Of a stretch of DNA of 64,000 nt, positions 15,230 through 28,110 are shown one piece after another. The stretch's first letter is position 1, and each line of letters opens with the position of its first letter. Made by a program: the position numbers and the translations under genes. Source of the DNA: Octopus vulgaris (lineage: Eukaryota); the NCBI GenBank assembly GCA_951406725.2, contig OX597826.1, positions 45,694,001 through 45,758,000 of the forward strand. Reading direction: 5' to 3'. Below the pieces are notes generated by a model, which saw only the letters and a list, made by a program, of their open reading frames with translations, searched no databases and was not told where the DNA came from.

Positions 15230-16460
15230 TATTGACCAGTCTAGTAACCCCATCTTCCAGACATCTTTTAAACATTACTCTTTTTCGTAAACTCTAAATT
15301 CTAATCTTTGGTCTAACTGGCAAAGCATATCAGCTCAGCGTCGGTATAACTGGCAAAGTCTACCAGCAAAACATTGGTCTATCCAGTAAGCATGATTGTC
15401 TAAACATTTGTCAGTTCTGTTCCCTTCTATTTATCTATCTGTCTGTTTGTCTGTCAGTCTTTATGTTATAATTTTCATATTATGATATTATAATAGCATA
15501 ACGTCATTAACGTTAAAAAATACCTGTCATAACAAATTAAACTTACTTGTCTTCTATCGCCTATTCTCTATCGCTGTAGTCTTTCATTGTGGAGGCACAT
15601 GGCCTAGTGGTTAGAGCAGCGGACTCGTAGTCGAGGGATCGCGGATTCGAATCCCAGACCGGGCGATGTGTGTGTTTATGAACGAAACACCTAAGCTCCA
15701 CGCGGCTCCGGCAGAAGGTAATGGCGAACTTCTGCTGACTCTTTCGCCACAACTTTCTCTCACTCTTTCCTCCTGCATCTTGCAGCTCACCTGCGACGGA
15801 CCGGCGTCCCGTCCAGGTGGGGAACCTATACGCCAAGGAAACCGGGAAACTGGCCCTTATGAGCCAGACATGGCTCGAGAAGGAACAAAATAGTCTTTCA
15901 TTGACTTTCATGGTCTTTCATAACTTCTCTTACTAACGGCATTTAACCACACATACATTATCCTAGTTTATAATAAACACTTTCATCCAAATATTTGTCT
16001 GTCTAATAAATACTGCTATCTAAGTGTTGGCTACTAGTAAACAATATAGCTTAAGTATTGGTCAGCCTAGTAAAAATTACCACATAAACATCGGTCAATC
16101 TATCAAACTTTATCATCAAAGCGCTTGTGTACCTGGTAGACATTGTCATATAAACATTGGTCTATCTAGTAAACACTATCACCTTAACATTTGTCTCGTA
16201 AACACTATCCGCTCAACGTTAGTCAGTCTAATAAACGTCACCTTCAAAACATTTGTCCATTTATGACACTGTTATATAAACATTGTCTACCAAATAAACA
16301 GTATCACCTAAATATTGCTCTATCTTGTTAGAACTATCCTTTAAATATTGTCTGTCTAGTTAATACAAACTACTAATTATTGGTCTATGTAGTAAACTCT
16401 GTCATCTACATATTTGTCAATATAGAAAAATTATATGTTTTAAACTTTGTCTAGTTTGTA
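15230..16460. repeat. Degenerate 33-bp minisatellite, interrupted by a SINE
   Basis: Consensus ~aacattggtctatctagtaaacactatcacctt; ORF 16024-16266 shows an 11-aa periodicity (KxYHINIGxS). Confidence 0.75.
15589..15890 (+). mobile_element. tRNA-derived SINE, family A, tail type i
   Basis: A box tggcctagtggt, B box gattcgaatcc; TSD tagtctttcattg (15577-15589 / 15891-15903). Confidence 0.92.
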
Positions 16461-17541
16461 ATAATTATAGTCTAATTAATATTTTCTTCTGTTTTATGTT
16501 AAATTAGCAACCGCTTAGGCGAAATTTTGTGAAAATAATTACTATATATATAAATACGGAAATTTGAAATGAAAACTTGTAATTGTTCCAATGCTAAATC
16601 AGAAACCGCTAGCCTCTAGTATGTTAATTTTAATTTCCGATATAATGCTTCTGAAAAGCAGTCTTGAAAAATCAAAATTGAAATACAGAAATGAAAGAAT
16701 TTTTGTCACAAATTGCCTCCACAGTTTCTTTAAAAGTACATGAAAGACGTTGGTTATAAAGTCTTCCAGTCATTACACAGTTGGCTTTGAACAAACCGCG
16801 CAATATCCAGTATTGTATGAAATACAATATAATGAAATATAATATAAATTTTACAAATATCTGATGAGGATCAATTATGTCAAGACTGTTTCATGTAGAA
16901 ATTTAGAAGTTTTCAGTTATCTCTGTTTATATATGAAAATAATAGTATATTTTCCAGTCACCTCACTCTCCATAGCTGCGGCTTTTAAATATATAACTGT
17001 AGTTATTTGCATTATAAATGTTTCTGGTAAAGTACTGACTTTACATCATTACAATCTTCATAACTAGGGCTTTCAAATTAATAATTGAATTATCTACGCA
17101 CATGTTACAACTATTATGAATTACGCTGTATTCTACATATACACGCAAACACACAGACACACACACATTTATATATATGTATATCATGTATATATATCGC
17201 GCGTGTGCGTGTGTACTTGTGTCTGTGCGTGTTGCATTATATTTGTATTTTATAAAACATCCTAATTTCGAGTCCCAGTTCACAGAGAGTTATAAATGAA
17301 ACTTTAAAAACTCATTTAGCATACATCTTACCCAACAGGAAAGCTATATAAATTGTGTAAGAAAATAATCCGCTTGAAATTCATGTTTTTCTGTCACGCT
17401 TTACACGTTATCCACCGGAAACGAAATTTAGCACATTATATTTTCTCGTTTCTTAAAATATTTCAATTTTTTAGAACATATTTTTTATGTTTTATTTTCA
17501 CTTCTCTCTTTTTTATATTTCTTTTTGTAAGGTACAGGAAG
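16349..17541 (+). repeat. Donor copy of the 1.2-kb duplication
   Basis: Continuous with the 33-bp array upstream and with unique sequence downstream. Confidence 0.9.
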
Positions 17542-17711
17542 ATCATCTGCAGTTTTTAAGTTGGCAATTCAATGGCGTGAAACACTCGTGGGAATACTTA
17601 TATAAATTTCAAAACCACACTATCTTATTTCCTTCAAACATTGTTACTTGTTGTGCCACGAAGGAGAACCAGATTCCATTCCCTAAATGCCGAACAGACA
17701 GACCAGTCTAA
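17532..17711 (+). CDS. Possible terminal coding exon, unknown product
   Basis: Polypyrimidine tract then ttttgtaag|GTACAG; open frame VQEDHLQFLSWQFNGVKHSWEYLYKFQNHTILFPSNIVTCCATKENQIPFPKCRTDRPV*. No recognised domain and no partner exon found. Confidence 0.2.
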   Translation, partial: VQEDHLQFLSWQFNGVKHSWEYLYKFQNHTILFPSNIVTCCATKENQIPFPKCRTDRPV

Positions 17712-17891
17712 GTTTCAGTTTTGAGCCTTTTCACTTCATTTGCATCATTAACACTCTCGGAAAAACATATAAACTCACATAACTTGACCTCTTCTACATA
17801 AATGATTTCTGGGGTAGTGATCACGTAACGGAATATGTATGTATGTGTGTGTGTGCATACATGTGTATTCGAGTGTGTATGTATGCATGTT

Positions 17892-17968
<77 letters not shown>

Positions 17969-17972
17969 TTAT

Positions 17973-18020
17973 ACATTTTAAAACGTTTAAATACATACAT
18001 ACATACATATATATACATCT

Positions 18021-18066
<46 letters not shown>

Positions 18067-18110
18067 AGATGTATATATATGTATGTATGTATTTAAACGT
18101 TTTAAAATGT
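17973..18110. repeat. Inverted duplication centred on (AT)n
   Basis: acattttaaaacgtttaaatacat..catctatacat versus atgtatagatg..atttaaacgttttaaaatgt. Confidence 0.85.
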
Positions 18111-18259
18111 GTAAAGGAAATTCCATGAATATATGTATGAACCTAATATCCACATAATTTGTGTTTTTAGTAGATATGTTTGTGTATGTATATATATATG
18201 TGTGTGCGTGTGCATGTGTGCATGTGTGTATTTCCTTTGAACGTGTGGATGTATGTGTG

Positions 18260-18317
<58 letters not shown>

Positions 18318-18492
18318 CATTAGTGGTGAATTTTCTTTCGTTTATTAGCAAAATGTATGATCATACATACATTCATATTTTAATATATATATATATATAT
18401 ATAAATATATGTGTGTGTGTGTGTGTGTGTGTACGTGCACATACGTACACACTCGCATTTACACACACTCACACACACACACTCTCTCTCTG

Positions 18493-18524
<32 letters not shown>

Positions 18525-19399
18525 TTACACACACACATACACTTGTAGAGATTCGTTTTCGCGTATATTAGCAAAAAGAATATTCAGCGTTCTTTAAAGC
18601 AAAAAGAAAGAAGGAAGGAAGGAAATGGAGAAATCGTTAAGGAGAACAGCATTTAGGCACGGCAAATATGTCGTAAATAGTCAGTGCTTTCTAGTTTCGG
18701 AGAATCTCTTTTTGGTTGAGATCTGGAAACAAATCATCTTGCCGTCACGTTTTCGTCCTCTTTATTACCGACATGGCACGTTATTCCTGCGCAAAGTACC
18801 TATATAAGGAGAAATAGATTGCATCCATGATGCTCTGCAACTGGGTTAATACGAAGATTTTAAAACATCGGATGTACTTAAAACCGTTACTCAACTGTTT
18901 TATAAGTGCTTAGTTTTGTGACCGTGATGATGATGATGATGACGATGATGATGGAGGCGGTGGTGGTGGTGATGGTGGTGGTGGTGGTGGTGGTGGTGGT
19001 AATGATGATTTCAAATTTTAACACAAAGTCAGCAATTTTAGATGGGGTGGGGGTTGGGGGTGGGGGAAGCCGATTACATCTACCGCACTGTTCAACTGGT
19101 ACTTATTTTATCGACCTTGATAAAAGGATGAAAGGTAAAAGTCAAACTCGAAGGAATTAGCAAATCAGAACGTAAAGGCGGACGAAATGCTACGCGGCAT
19201 TTCGTCCGGTCTGCTAACGATTCTGTCAGCTCACCGCTTTTATAATCATTTCTACAATAGGCACAAGGTCTGGAATTTTGAGGGTAGGGAGGTTTGTCTG
19301 AAAGTTTGAGGGTAGGGCTGTTAGTCGATTGTATTAGGGCTGTTAGTCGATTGTACAGTGCTCAATTGGTATTGATTTTCTTTATCTTGTGTGATATTG

Positions 19400-19690
19400 T
19401 TATTTTTAATTCTTTTCAAGGTTACTTTAGCAAATTTGTGTAAACCTAATTTCCTATTTATTTCTTTGGTAAATCCATGCGCTATCTGTAGTAGTGTTTC
19501 TAGTTGCTTATCATTTGCAGCTTACAGCTGCATATACAAGAGATATCTGATGGCTTTACCATAATAGTTGTATCCACATCCAGTTCTGTTTAGCATATCG
19601 GTTAAGGGCGTTAGTGTCAGACAGAAAAGGAGCGGAGAGGGCGAATCTCCTTGGAATTTGAAATATTCCTCTTCTAATGGAGATGGCTTT
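19400..19690 (-). mobile_element. R4/Dong-type LINE reverse transcriptase fragment, decayed
   Basis: ISIRRGIFQ..GDSPSPLLFCLTLTPL..RYLLYM..KQLETLL..LGLHK, i.e. the QGDSLSPLLF motif and an eroded YMDD region. Confidence 0.8.
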
Positions 19691-19789
19691 AGTTTTTGAG
19701 AAATAACAAACGTAACCAGAGTGATGAAGAGATTGTAGAAGTCGAAGACGACAATTACTCCTCTGGTAATTTGTATACTTGGCCTAATA

Positions 19790-21090
19790 CCTTAACTACT
19801 ACCTCAGAAGCTGAAGAATATTGAAAGACGCATTACTGAAGTCGGACTACAAGAAGTAAGAAGGTAGCAAATAAGCATGGTCGTTATCTCAAACATTTTT
19901 ATTTATTTATGCGCCCTTTTCAAGCCTAGCCAGGCTCATGGGCCCGTTTTCCCGGTTTCTATGGCGTATGTGTTCCCCCCAGCTGGATGGGACGCCAGTC
20001 CATCGCAGCGTAACTCAAGAAACAGGAAGAAAGAGTGAGAGAAAATTGGGGCGAAAGAGTACAACAGGAGTCACCACCACCCACTGCCGGAGCCTCGTGG
20101 AGCTTTAGGTGTTTTCGCTCAATAATCACACAAAACGCCCGGTCTGGGAATCGAAACCGCGAGTCCACTACCCTAACCACTGCGCCATCGCGCCTCCACT
20201 TTGCCCTTTTAAAACCTATCCAGGCTCATGGGCCCGGTTTCCCGGTTTCAATGGCCTATGTGTTCCCCAGCTGGACAGGACGCCAGTCCATCGCAGCGTT
20301 ACTCATTTTTGCCAGCTGAGTAGACTGGAGCAACGTGAAATGAAGTGTTTTGCTCAAGAACACAACGCGTCGCCCGGTCCAGGAATCGAAACCACAATCT
20401 TACAATCATGATGCTGACACCCTAACCACCAAGCCACGCGCCTCCACTTATCTCAAACATAAGGGGGGTGGACTTCATGGTAGTAGGGAAAGAGAAAGCA
20501 AATGTTAACATCAAACTAAGCAGTGAGAGGCTCGAACAGGTTGAATTGTACAAGTATCTTGGAGCTCAAATTTCTGATAAAGACACATGTAAGAAAGAAA
20601 TTAGGACACGGCTAGACAGAGCAAGAACGCCTGTGAAAGAGCTTAAAAACATCTGGAACAGCAAAAAGTGCTGCATCTAAGTTAAAACAAGACTAATATG
20701 AAGGCTCATTTGGACGATAAGCATTTATGGTTGCGAAGGATGGGGAGTGAACAAATTTGAAGAGAACATAAAATACTGCGTTTGAAATGTGGATGTTATG
20801 AGTTTCTCACAAGGAGCATCGAACAAATGAAGGGGTGTTACAAGTAGGCGAGAGACAACAACCCCTGAACATTAAGATATAAAAAAGGTCTTCTGTTCTA
20901 GTCGTATTCGAAGAAGCAGAGATCTAGAAAATATTATCACAGAAGGAAGAGAAGCGGGTAGTAGATCAAGGGGCAAGCAAAGAACGCAATGGGTGGAAAA
21001 TATCATGAGCTGGTTTGGTAATAGTGGCAAGGCGGCTGAAGAATTTCATTGTTGTCATCAATGCTCTGGAGGAACACGATACATGACGAT
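19790..21090 (+). mobile_element. RTE-clade LINE 3' fragment, interrupted by a SINE pair
   Basis: LEQVELYKYLGAQI..KEIRTRLDRAR..KNIW..IYGCEGW, then an RSRGKQRTQW-type C-terminus; stops and frameshifts. Confidence 0.85.
19897..20447 (-). mobile_element. Tandem SINE pair (family B then family A, both tail ii) within one TSD
   Basis: TSD ttatctcaaacat (19884-19896 / 20448-20460); two tRNA heads starting near 20447 and 20199. Confidence 0.88.
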
Positions 21091-21234
21091 GACGATTGCT
21101 GGCATGCCAGAAATGTGCAATCCTGCACCTTGCGAGAATCCTAAGGAAGATTTTTTTTAGCTTTTGAGGAGACTTGTTGTCACCAGACCGCAAGATAACA
21201 TGCCTGCTAACATAATGCAGCATGTAATAGCTAC

Positions 21235-21675
<441 letters not shown>

Positions 21676-21903
21676 TCATCGCATAGCTCTACATAGATTC
21701 ATATAAAACAACAGCAACAACAACAACAACAGCAAGGATGACAACGACGATAACGACAACAACTTCAACAACAAGATAACGTTGAAGCAGTTTATTAATA
21801 AACCATCATATTTTCTTTATCGATTTCTTTACAAGTTTCAACTAAATTTTCCTCGTCATGCAACCCACTCCAGCATGGGATTTGGAAGAATTTTTATGCA
21901 GCT

Positions 21904-21906
<3 letters not shown>

Positions 21907-21969
<63 letters not shown>

Positions 21970-22187
21970 TGTGTGTGTGTAAATATGTACATATATATAC
22001 ATGCATACATACATATATACATGAATATGTGTGTGTGTATGAGTGCGCTCAAGTACGTATATATATATATGCGCGTGTGTGTGCACGCGCACTTGTGTGA
22101 GAGTGTATGTGTGTGTATATATATGTGCATATACATACACACACACATATGCAAACATTTATGTATATGTACATTATATAAATATAT

Positions 22188-22278
<91 letters not shown>

Positions 22279-22504
22279 TACATATATATATATATATACA
22301 CACACATATATGTGTGTGCGTGTGTACATAAAATATATATGAACAGAATATATATATATACGTGTATATATATAAATGTGTATATATATATTTGCGTGTG
22401 TGTATGCATATGTATGTATACTTACATGTGTGCGTATGTATATATATATGCATGCATACATATACATACTTATATATGCATATATATTTTTACATTCACA
22501 CAGT

Positions 22505-22584
<80 letters not shown>

Positions 22585-22585
22585 C
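21907..22585. repeat. (TG)n, (TA)n and (GATA)n tracts
   Basis: Read directly. Confidence 0.9.
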
Positions 22586-24401
22586 GTATCTCCATGTGCG
22601 TATGAATATATGAATTTCTAATGTCTTATGCCTCGTTGTGTGCATGTGCGTAAGTACCTGTATGTACGTGCACACATGTGTGTGTGTACGCATGCATATG
22701 TGATTACTTATATATAATGAATGTCCGCGCAAGAATATATGAATTTATTATATATTAAGATACATGTTTGTGTGTATATGTGCATGGGTGTATGCATTAG
22801 TATGGGCATATGTGTCTTCAGATGTGTGTATGTGTTGTGTATGAATGTATATAGATGAAACTGTGTCGATATGTTTGTTTGCGTATATGAATGTGCTAAT
22901 GTGTGTGTGTGTGTGTGTGTGTGATCTAGGTTAATGTCAATAAATCAAACAGATAATTTTGAAAGTAATATTATAAAAAGAAGATAACTTTTTGTAAAGA
23001 AACGTGACTAGAAGTCAGCGGAACAGCTTCTATAACATTCACCATATTATCACAGGGTCACGAAACTATAAGGTGGCTTTAATCGATACAATCGACTCCA
23101 GCCGTCACAGTCCTCACCACCCCGCATGTACAACACTGACACTTTATTTCATGGAAGTACCCGCGAATGGTAAGTATAGGGGAATGACCATTCTCTTTTT
23201 ACACACTCAGAACGGAGCTATATGCAATAAAATAACTTTAGTTGTTTAATCCAGTAGTTTGAAGAGGGAATGAGTTTTCATACATTTACTTTATTTAACA
23301 TGAATTTACTAACACCAATAGCTCCCGTATACGTACTCACAATGAACGTTACTGTCCTCAGTAAACACCAAACCCAAGAAACAGCTGTTAAGGATCACCC
23401 GCATTTCCAATTGTCATTTTGTGAGGTTCGAGTATGGAATCCTTGGATTTTTACATATCTATCCAGGATTAATCTCTAAGGAATGCTCCGGTTCTCCTCT
23501 CTTTTATGTATGACATTAGACTATGAAGTCTCAGGATACATACATATCTATAAAGAACTACTATGAACTCCCACTTTCCCAATTTTCCTGTTTCTATTTG
23601 ATTTATATATCTTTATACTTAATTCTATGTAACCAATTTATAAATGGTTTGATGACATTTAAAACTACCGTTAATTTTTTTTATTTCATTAGCTTGACCG
23701 CTACATTATTTTTTATTTAACATTGTCAGTCTTAAATTAATTTAACATTAACATTCTTGACACCAATATTCAACAAAATAAATCGAACAAAACAGTGAGA
23801 ATAACGATTAAAACATAATGATTAAAAATGTTATTTCCCAAACGAAACCAATCTCCCCGTTGGAATCACCAAACTTCCATCTGGATTCTTGAAATTTTCA
23901 CTACTAGGAATTTTTCCTCCAGGGTTGAGATATTAATAGACAAGAAATATTTACGAGTTGGCGTAACAGCTTAACATAATGACAGAGCAAACTTCCCAAT
24001 AATGCCATCTACATGAAGCACAATAGTTTGTTGATCCCTTTAAATTGCTTTTGGAATGGAGAGTGAGAAACAATGTTAATTATCTCTAGTTTCAAAACAA
24101 AAAGATGACATCTCCCAAATTTATGTGTGTGTGTGTGTGTCTGCGCGTGTGTGTCTGTGTGTGTGTGTCTGTGTGTGTGTGTGTCTGTGTGTGTGTGTCT
24201 CTGTGTGTGTATGTGTCTGTGTCTGTGTCTGTGTCTGTGTCTGTGTGTGTTACGAATTAAAAGCAGGTCTAATAATGTAAACATTATCGATCGCACATGA
24301 GTAGTGTGTGTACTTTGCTTATATGCCCATATGCTGCGGGATAGCATCCTCGGAAAGCTCTCTACACGGCGCATAAAGATATATATGCATATACATAATA
24401 C

Positions 24402-24479
<78 letters not shown>

Positions 24480-24480
<1 letters not shown>

Positions 24481-24690
24481 TAATCCAAACAAGAAAACAC
24501 AGAAAAAAAGAGAAAAAAAAACACAGCAACGCAGGACGTGGAACAATTAAAGTATTATTGACGCTCAGGAAAGAAGGGAAGGAGGGTTTAACGTTTCGAG
24601 CGGAGCTCTTCGTCGGAAAGAAGGAGAAGGAAAGATCCCAAGAAGGGAAGACAGAGGAAAAAATATTTGAGCTGGTGGTGCTCAAGAGAT

Positions 24691-24762
<72 letters not shown>

Positions 24763-25990
24763 TATATATATATGGCAGATGAAAGGCGGAAGATGGAATA
24801 CACCAGAATTTATTATTAAACACAATTGTTTTGACACATCCAGCATCAATTCCTCATGGGTGAGACACTCAACAACTGGTTCAGGAGCAGCCAATGGTGT
24901 AGATGTATCTCGTCGGCTGATAAATAAATACGACTCGTTAAAATAACTGTTACGCAATGTAACTTCCCGTTTTGTAGAAAGAAAACAACCAGACGGAGGA
25001 AGTATCTTCATTTATATAGAAGATCAAAAATAAAATCACCGATGACAAAAAGAGAAACGAACACGCAATCCAGTGAGAAAACTACTAAAAATCACCGTTA
25101 ACAGATATGAATATATGAACGCCCTCGGACAAGCTGCATGGCGCGAGTGCACTCGCTCGCAAAAAAACAAAAAAAATGTGAGCATACGCACACGTGATGT
25201 TTGGTGGACTCATGATCACAAAGCGAGTTAGCTATTTATTTGGTGTTTGTAAGAATGGGGAGGTTAAAAGTACAATTAAGTCATCCATACTTTAATGTAA
25301 ATTAAATTAAGTTAACGGTTACTCAAAATTCATTCCCACTGCATTGTGCGAAAGTACATTTATATGCGTGTAAGCATTTCGAAAGTCGTTCAGAAATTCT
25401 ATTAATGATCTCGTTAGTCCACAGAATAAACAGGGATTCCTCGGAACAGAGACGACATCTCCTGGAAATTATATTGTATGGTTTCTCGTACGTTACTATT
25501 GACCAATTAATGCTGTACTTCATTTTATCCTCCTTCAGTCGCCATACAAAATCTGCCAAAGATGTTGAATGCCTCTTATTGAGTGTTTTAAAGCTGGCAA
25601 CATGGTCACGTACGATAACGATTCTTAAATGAATTAGCCATCTGCCCGATGTAAACATGCGGCCCTTTCCTTGTGTGCACGGTACATTTATATACAAGAT
25701 TTGTACTCATACAGAGATTCATCAAAGGACACTTTGATTTTTCTCTGCAAGAGCATTTATCGTATATATTTGTATATAAGGCAGTCCCGCTCCATTTACC
25801 GTTGTTACCGTGTCAACTGTATCGTATTTCTACTACTACAAATTGTTTGTAGTTGGTGTTTTATATACAGTTAGTATCATATCAATGTTATTAATTAATT
25901 CATTAGAATTATTAGCACATTTAATTAGCCTCGTCTTTTGTATTTTCAGTGTCATTAATCATAATGCATTTATCATAACAATAATAATAC
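24480..25990 (-). mobile_element. Penelope-like retroelement 3' part: GIY-YIG endonuclease (frameshifted) plus pseudo-LTR
   Basis: CREKSKCPLMNLCMSTNLVYKCTVHT..HVYIGQ..FKNRY (~25750-25610), then a frameshift to HVASF..STSLADFVWRLK..INWSIV..PY..CRLCSEE..IINRISE; inserted among (TA)n. Confidence 0.88.
24589..24616 (-). ncRNA. Minimal hammerhead ribozyme-like motif (Penelope type), probably degenerate
   Basis: Minus strand CCGACGA-a-GAGC-tcc-GCTC-GAAA-CGTTA; core has U4>C; palindromic AACGTT in helix III. Confidence 0.55.
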
Positions 25991-26090
25991 TTTTGTTGTA
26001 AATTTTTAATTTTTTTGATAAAAGCAAATGAGTATTGTATGTGTTTTGTTTTTCATAATTATATGCCTGATTTTGCACCACCCTGTGTGA

Positions 26091-26132
<42 letters not shown>

Positions 26133-26270
26133 TTAGATATTATACATGTATATGTATGTATGTATGTATGTATTTATGCATGTATTTATGTATGCATGTA
26201 TGAATGTATGTCTCTATATGTGTACGTATATATGTACGCATATTTATGCATAATATACATATGCTTGCAA

Positions 26271-26313
<43 letters not shown>

Positions 26314-26466
26314 TGTATAATACGCATATGCATGTGCATATATGTGTATGTTTGTGCTTATGTGAATCGAAGTCACTATCACTCTCTTCTCTTATAAAAG
26401 TTTAAGAAACAGGTACTCTAATAAAAGGTATCGAATAATCCCTCAATTTAATGTTAAATTGCTTTT

Positions 26467-27630
26467 ATAGGCGCAGGCGGGGGCTGTGTGGTAAGAAGCT
26501 TGCTTCCGCTTCCGGTTGTGTCAGTGCCCTGGAGGGCAATAAAGTTTTGTTTCTTCCCACGTATTGTCGGAGGAAACTGACGCGGGCTTGGGTTTGCGGG
26601 TTGTCACCGGATTTAAAACCAGGCTGGATAGAGGACACTATCTGCCGGGGTTTGGGTGGCAGCGGCACCAAGCTCCTTACTGTTAAATTATTAGGTCGGG
26701 TCAAAAGGTATTTTGACCCGACCCAATCAGGTGAAAAGTTATTTTGAGCAACAATGGGTGTTCACCGAAGGATCCTATAGATGAGGGAGGGGAGGAGTCT
26801 GAAGAAGCTGAGTGATGAATATCGCTTGTGGTCGGGCGGCCCCAACACATCACCCGCTTTGTGCTTGAGTGAGGCGTGGGAAATGGCCGGGTATGGGGTC
26901 ACAGGCGATACTGAAGAGGACTATGGGTAAGAGGCTAGAAAGCCTCGATATTGTGAACTTATAAGAGGTTTGAAACCTCATGCTGTTTTTAACCAAGGTA
27001 CGAGGCAAAGTGCCTCATTTTTGTGTGTAAATGAACAATTGTAAGAGGTTTATTGCTTCATGTATGATAAATAAGAGAACAATGTTTTCGGGAAACCACA
27101 ATCGGCGGGCGTTGTCTGTTTCCCCCTTTAATCATCATTTTCATTTTTCATCTCATATAACATTATGTCTGTGTCCAGCCCGCAGCTTCCTTCTTTCTCT
27201 ATGTATGGCCATTATAGCCAATATAATGAAATACAGAAACTTGCTTCCCAACCACATGGTTCTGAGTTCAGTCCCACTGCAGGGCACCTTGGGCAAGTGT
27301 TTTCTACTATAGCCACGGGCCAACCAAGGCCTTGTGAATGGATTTGACAGACGGAAACTGAAAGAAGCCCGTCGTATATATATATGTATGTGTGTGTGTA
27401 TCTGTCTGTCTGTGTCTGTGTGCCTGTGTTTGTTCACTCCACTCCATCGCTTGACAACTGGTGTTGGAGTGTTTATGTCCCCATAACTTAGCGGTTAGGC
27501 AAGAGATCGGTGGAATAACTACCAGGCTTGAAAAAAATACTGACGCCGATACATTCGACTATAAATACTTCAAAACGATGCCCCAGCATGGCTACAGTCT
27601 AATGACTGAAAGAAGTAATATGTAAAAGAT
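26467..27630 (+). mobile_element. SINE family C split by a 727-bp insertion
   Basis: Head ataggcgcaggcggg..gtaagaagcttgcttcc resumes at 27235 with agaaacttgcttcccaaccacatgg. Confidence 0.88.
26508..27234. mobile_element. Unclassified insertion, GC-richer than its flanks, with a 14-bp TSD
   Basis: agaagcttgcttcc (26494-26507) / agaaacttgcttcc (27235-27248); internal hairpins. Confidence 0.75.
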
Positions 27631-27674
27631 AAAAGAACGATATATAACTTGGCATAAATTCAAACATTAAGACA

Positions 27675-27880
27675 GATAGATAGATAGGTTGAGAGAGAGA
27701 GAGAGAGGGAGGATGGAGGGAGAGGGAGGGAGGGAGGGAGGGAGGGAGGGGGAGAGAGAGGGGCAGACAGAAAAAGACAGACAGACAGGTAGACAGACAC
27801 ACAGATAGGGAGAGAGAGGCAGACAGACAAAGACAGACAGACAGACAGATGGGCGGGAAGGCAGACAGACAGGCAGACAT

Positions 27881-27929
<49 letters not shown>

Positions 27930-28110
27930 GAGAGAGGGGTAGAGAGAGAGAGGTAGACAGACGGACCGACAGGCAGAGAGAGAGAGAGGCAGACAGACAA
28001 CTAAATAGATAGATGGACAAACAGATAGACAGATAGATAGATAGACAGATAGATAGATAGATACATACATACATACATACATACATACATACATAGAAAG
28101 AAAGATAGAT
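27675..28110. repeat. (GGGA)/(GACA)/(GATA)/(CATA)n compound tract
   Basis: Read directly. Confidence 0.9.

Noticed and set aside
15589-15665. tRNA-like sequences at SINE heads
   Set aside because: They continue into SINE bodies with TSDs; not tRNA genes.
18625-18810. Minus-strand acceptor-like site followed by VLCAGITCHVG
   Set aside because: Stop after 21 codons; the Ly6-like resemblance is too weak.
19043-19066. G-quadruplex motif
   Set aside because: Expanded G-run within a degenerate SINE D tail; no sign of function.
23004-23249. ORF ending at a strong ATG|GTAAGT donor
   Set aside because: No convincing acceptor; part resembles a decayed reverse SINE D tail.
26931-27059. CRISPR-like repeat-spacer reading of the GAGG hairpins, or polyomavirus GAGGC origin
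   Set aside because: Repeats are short and non-identical, there are no cas or T-antigen genes, and the context is eukaryotic; kept only as a structural finding.
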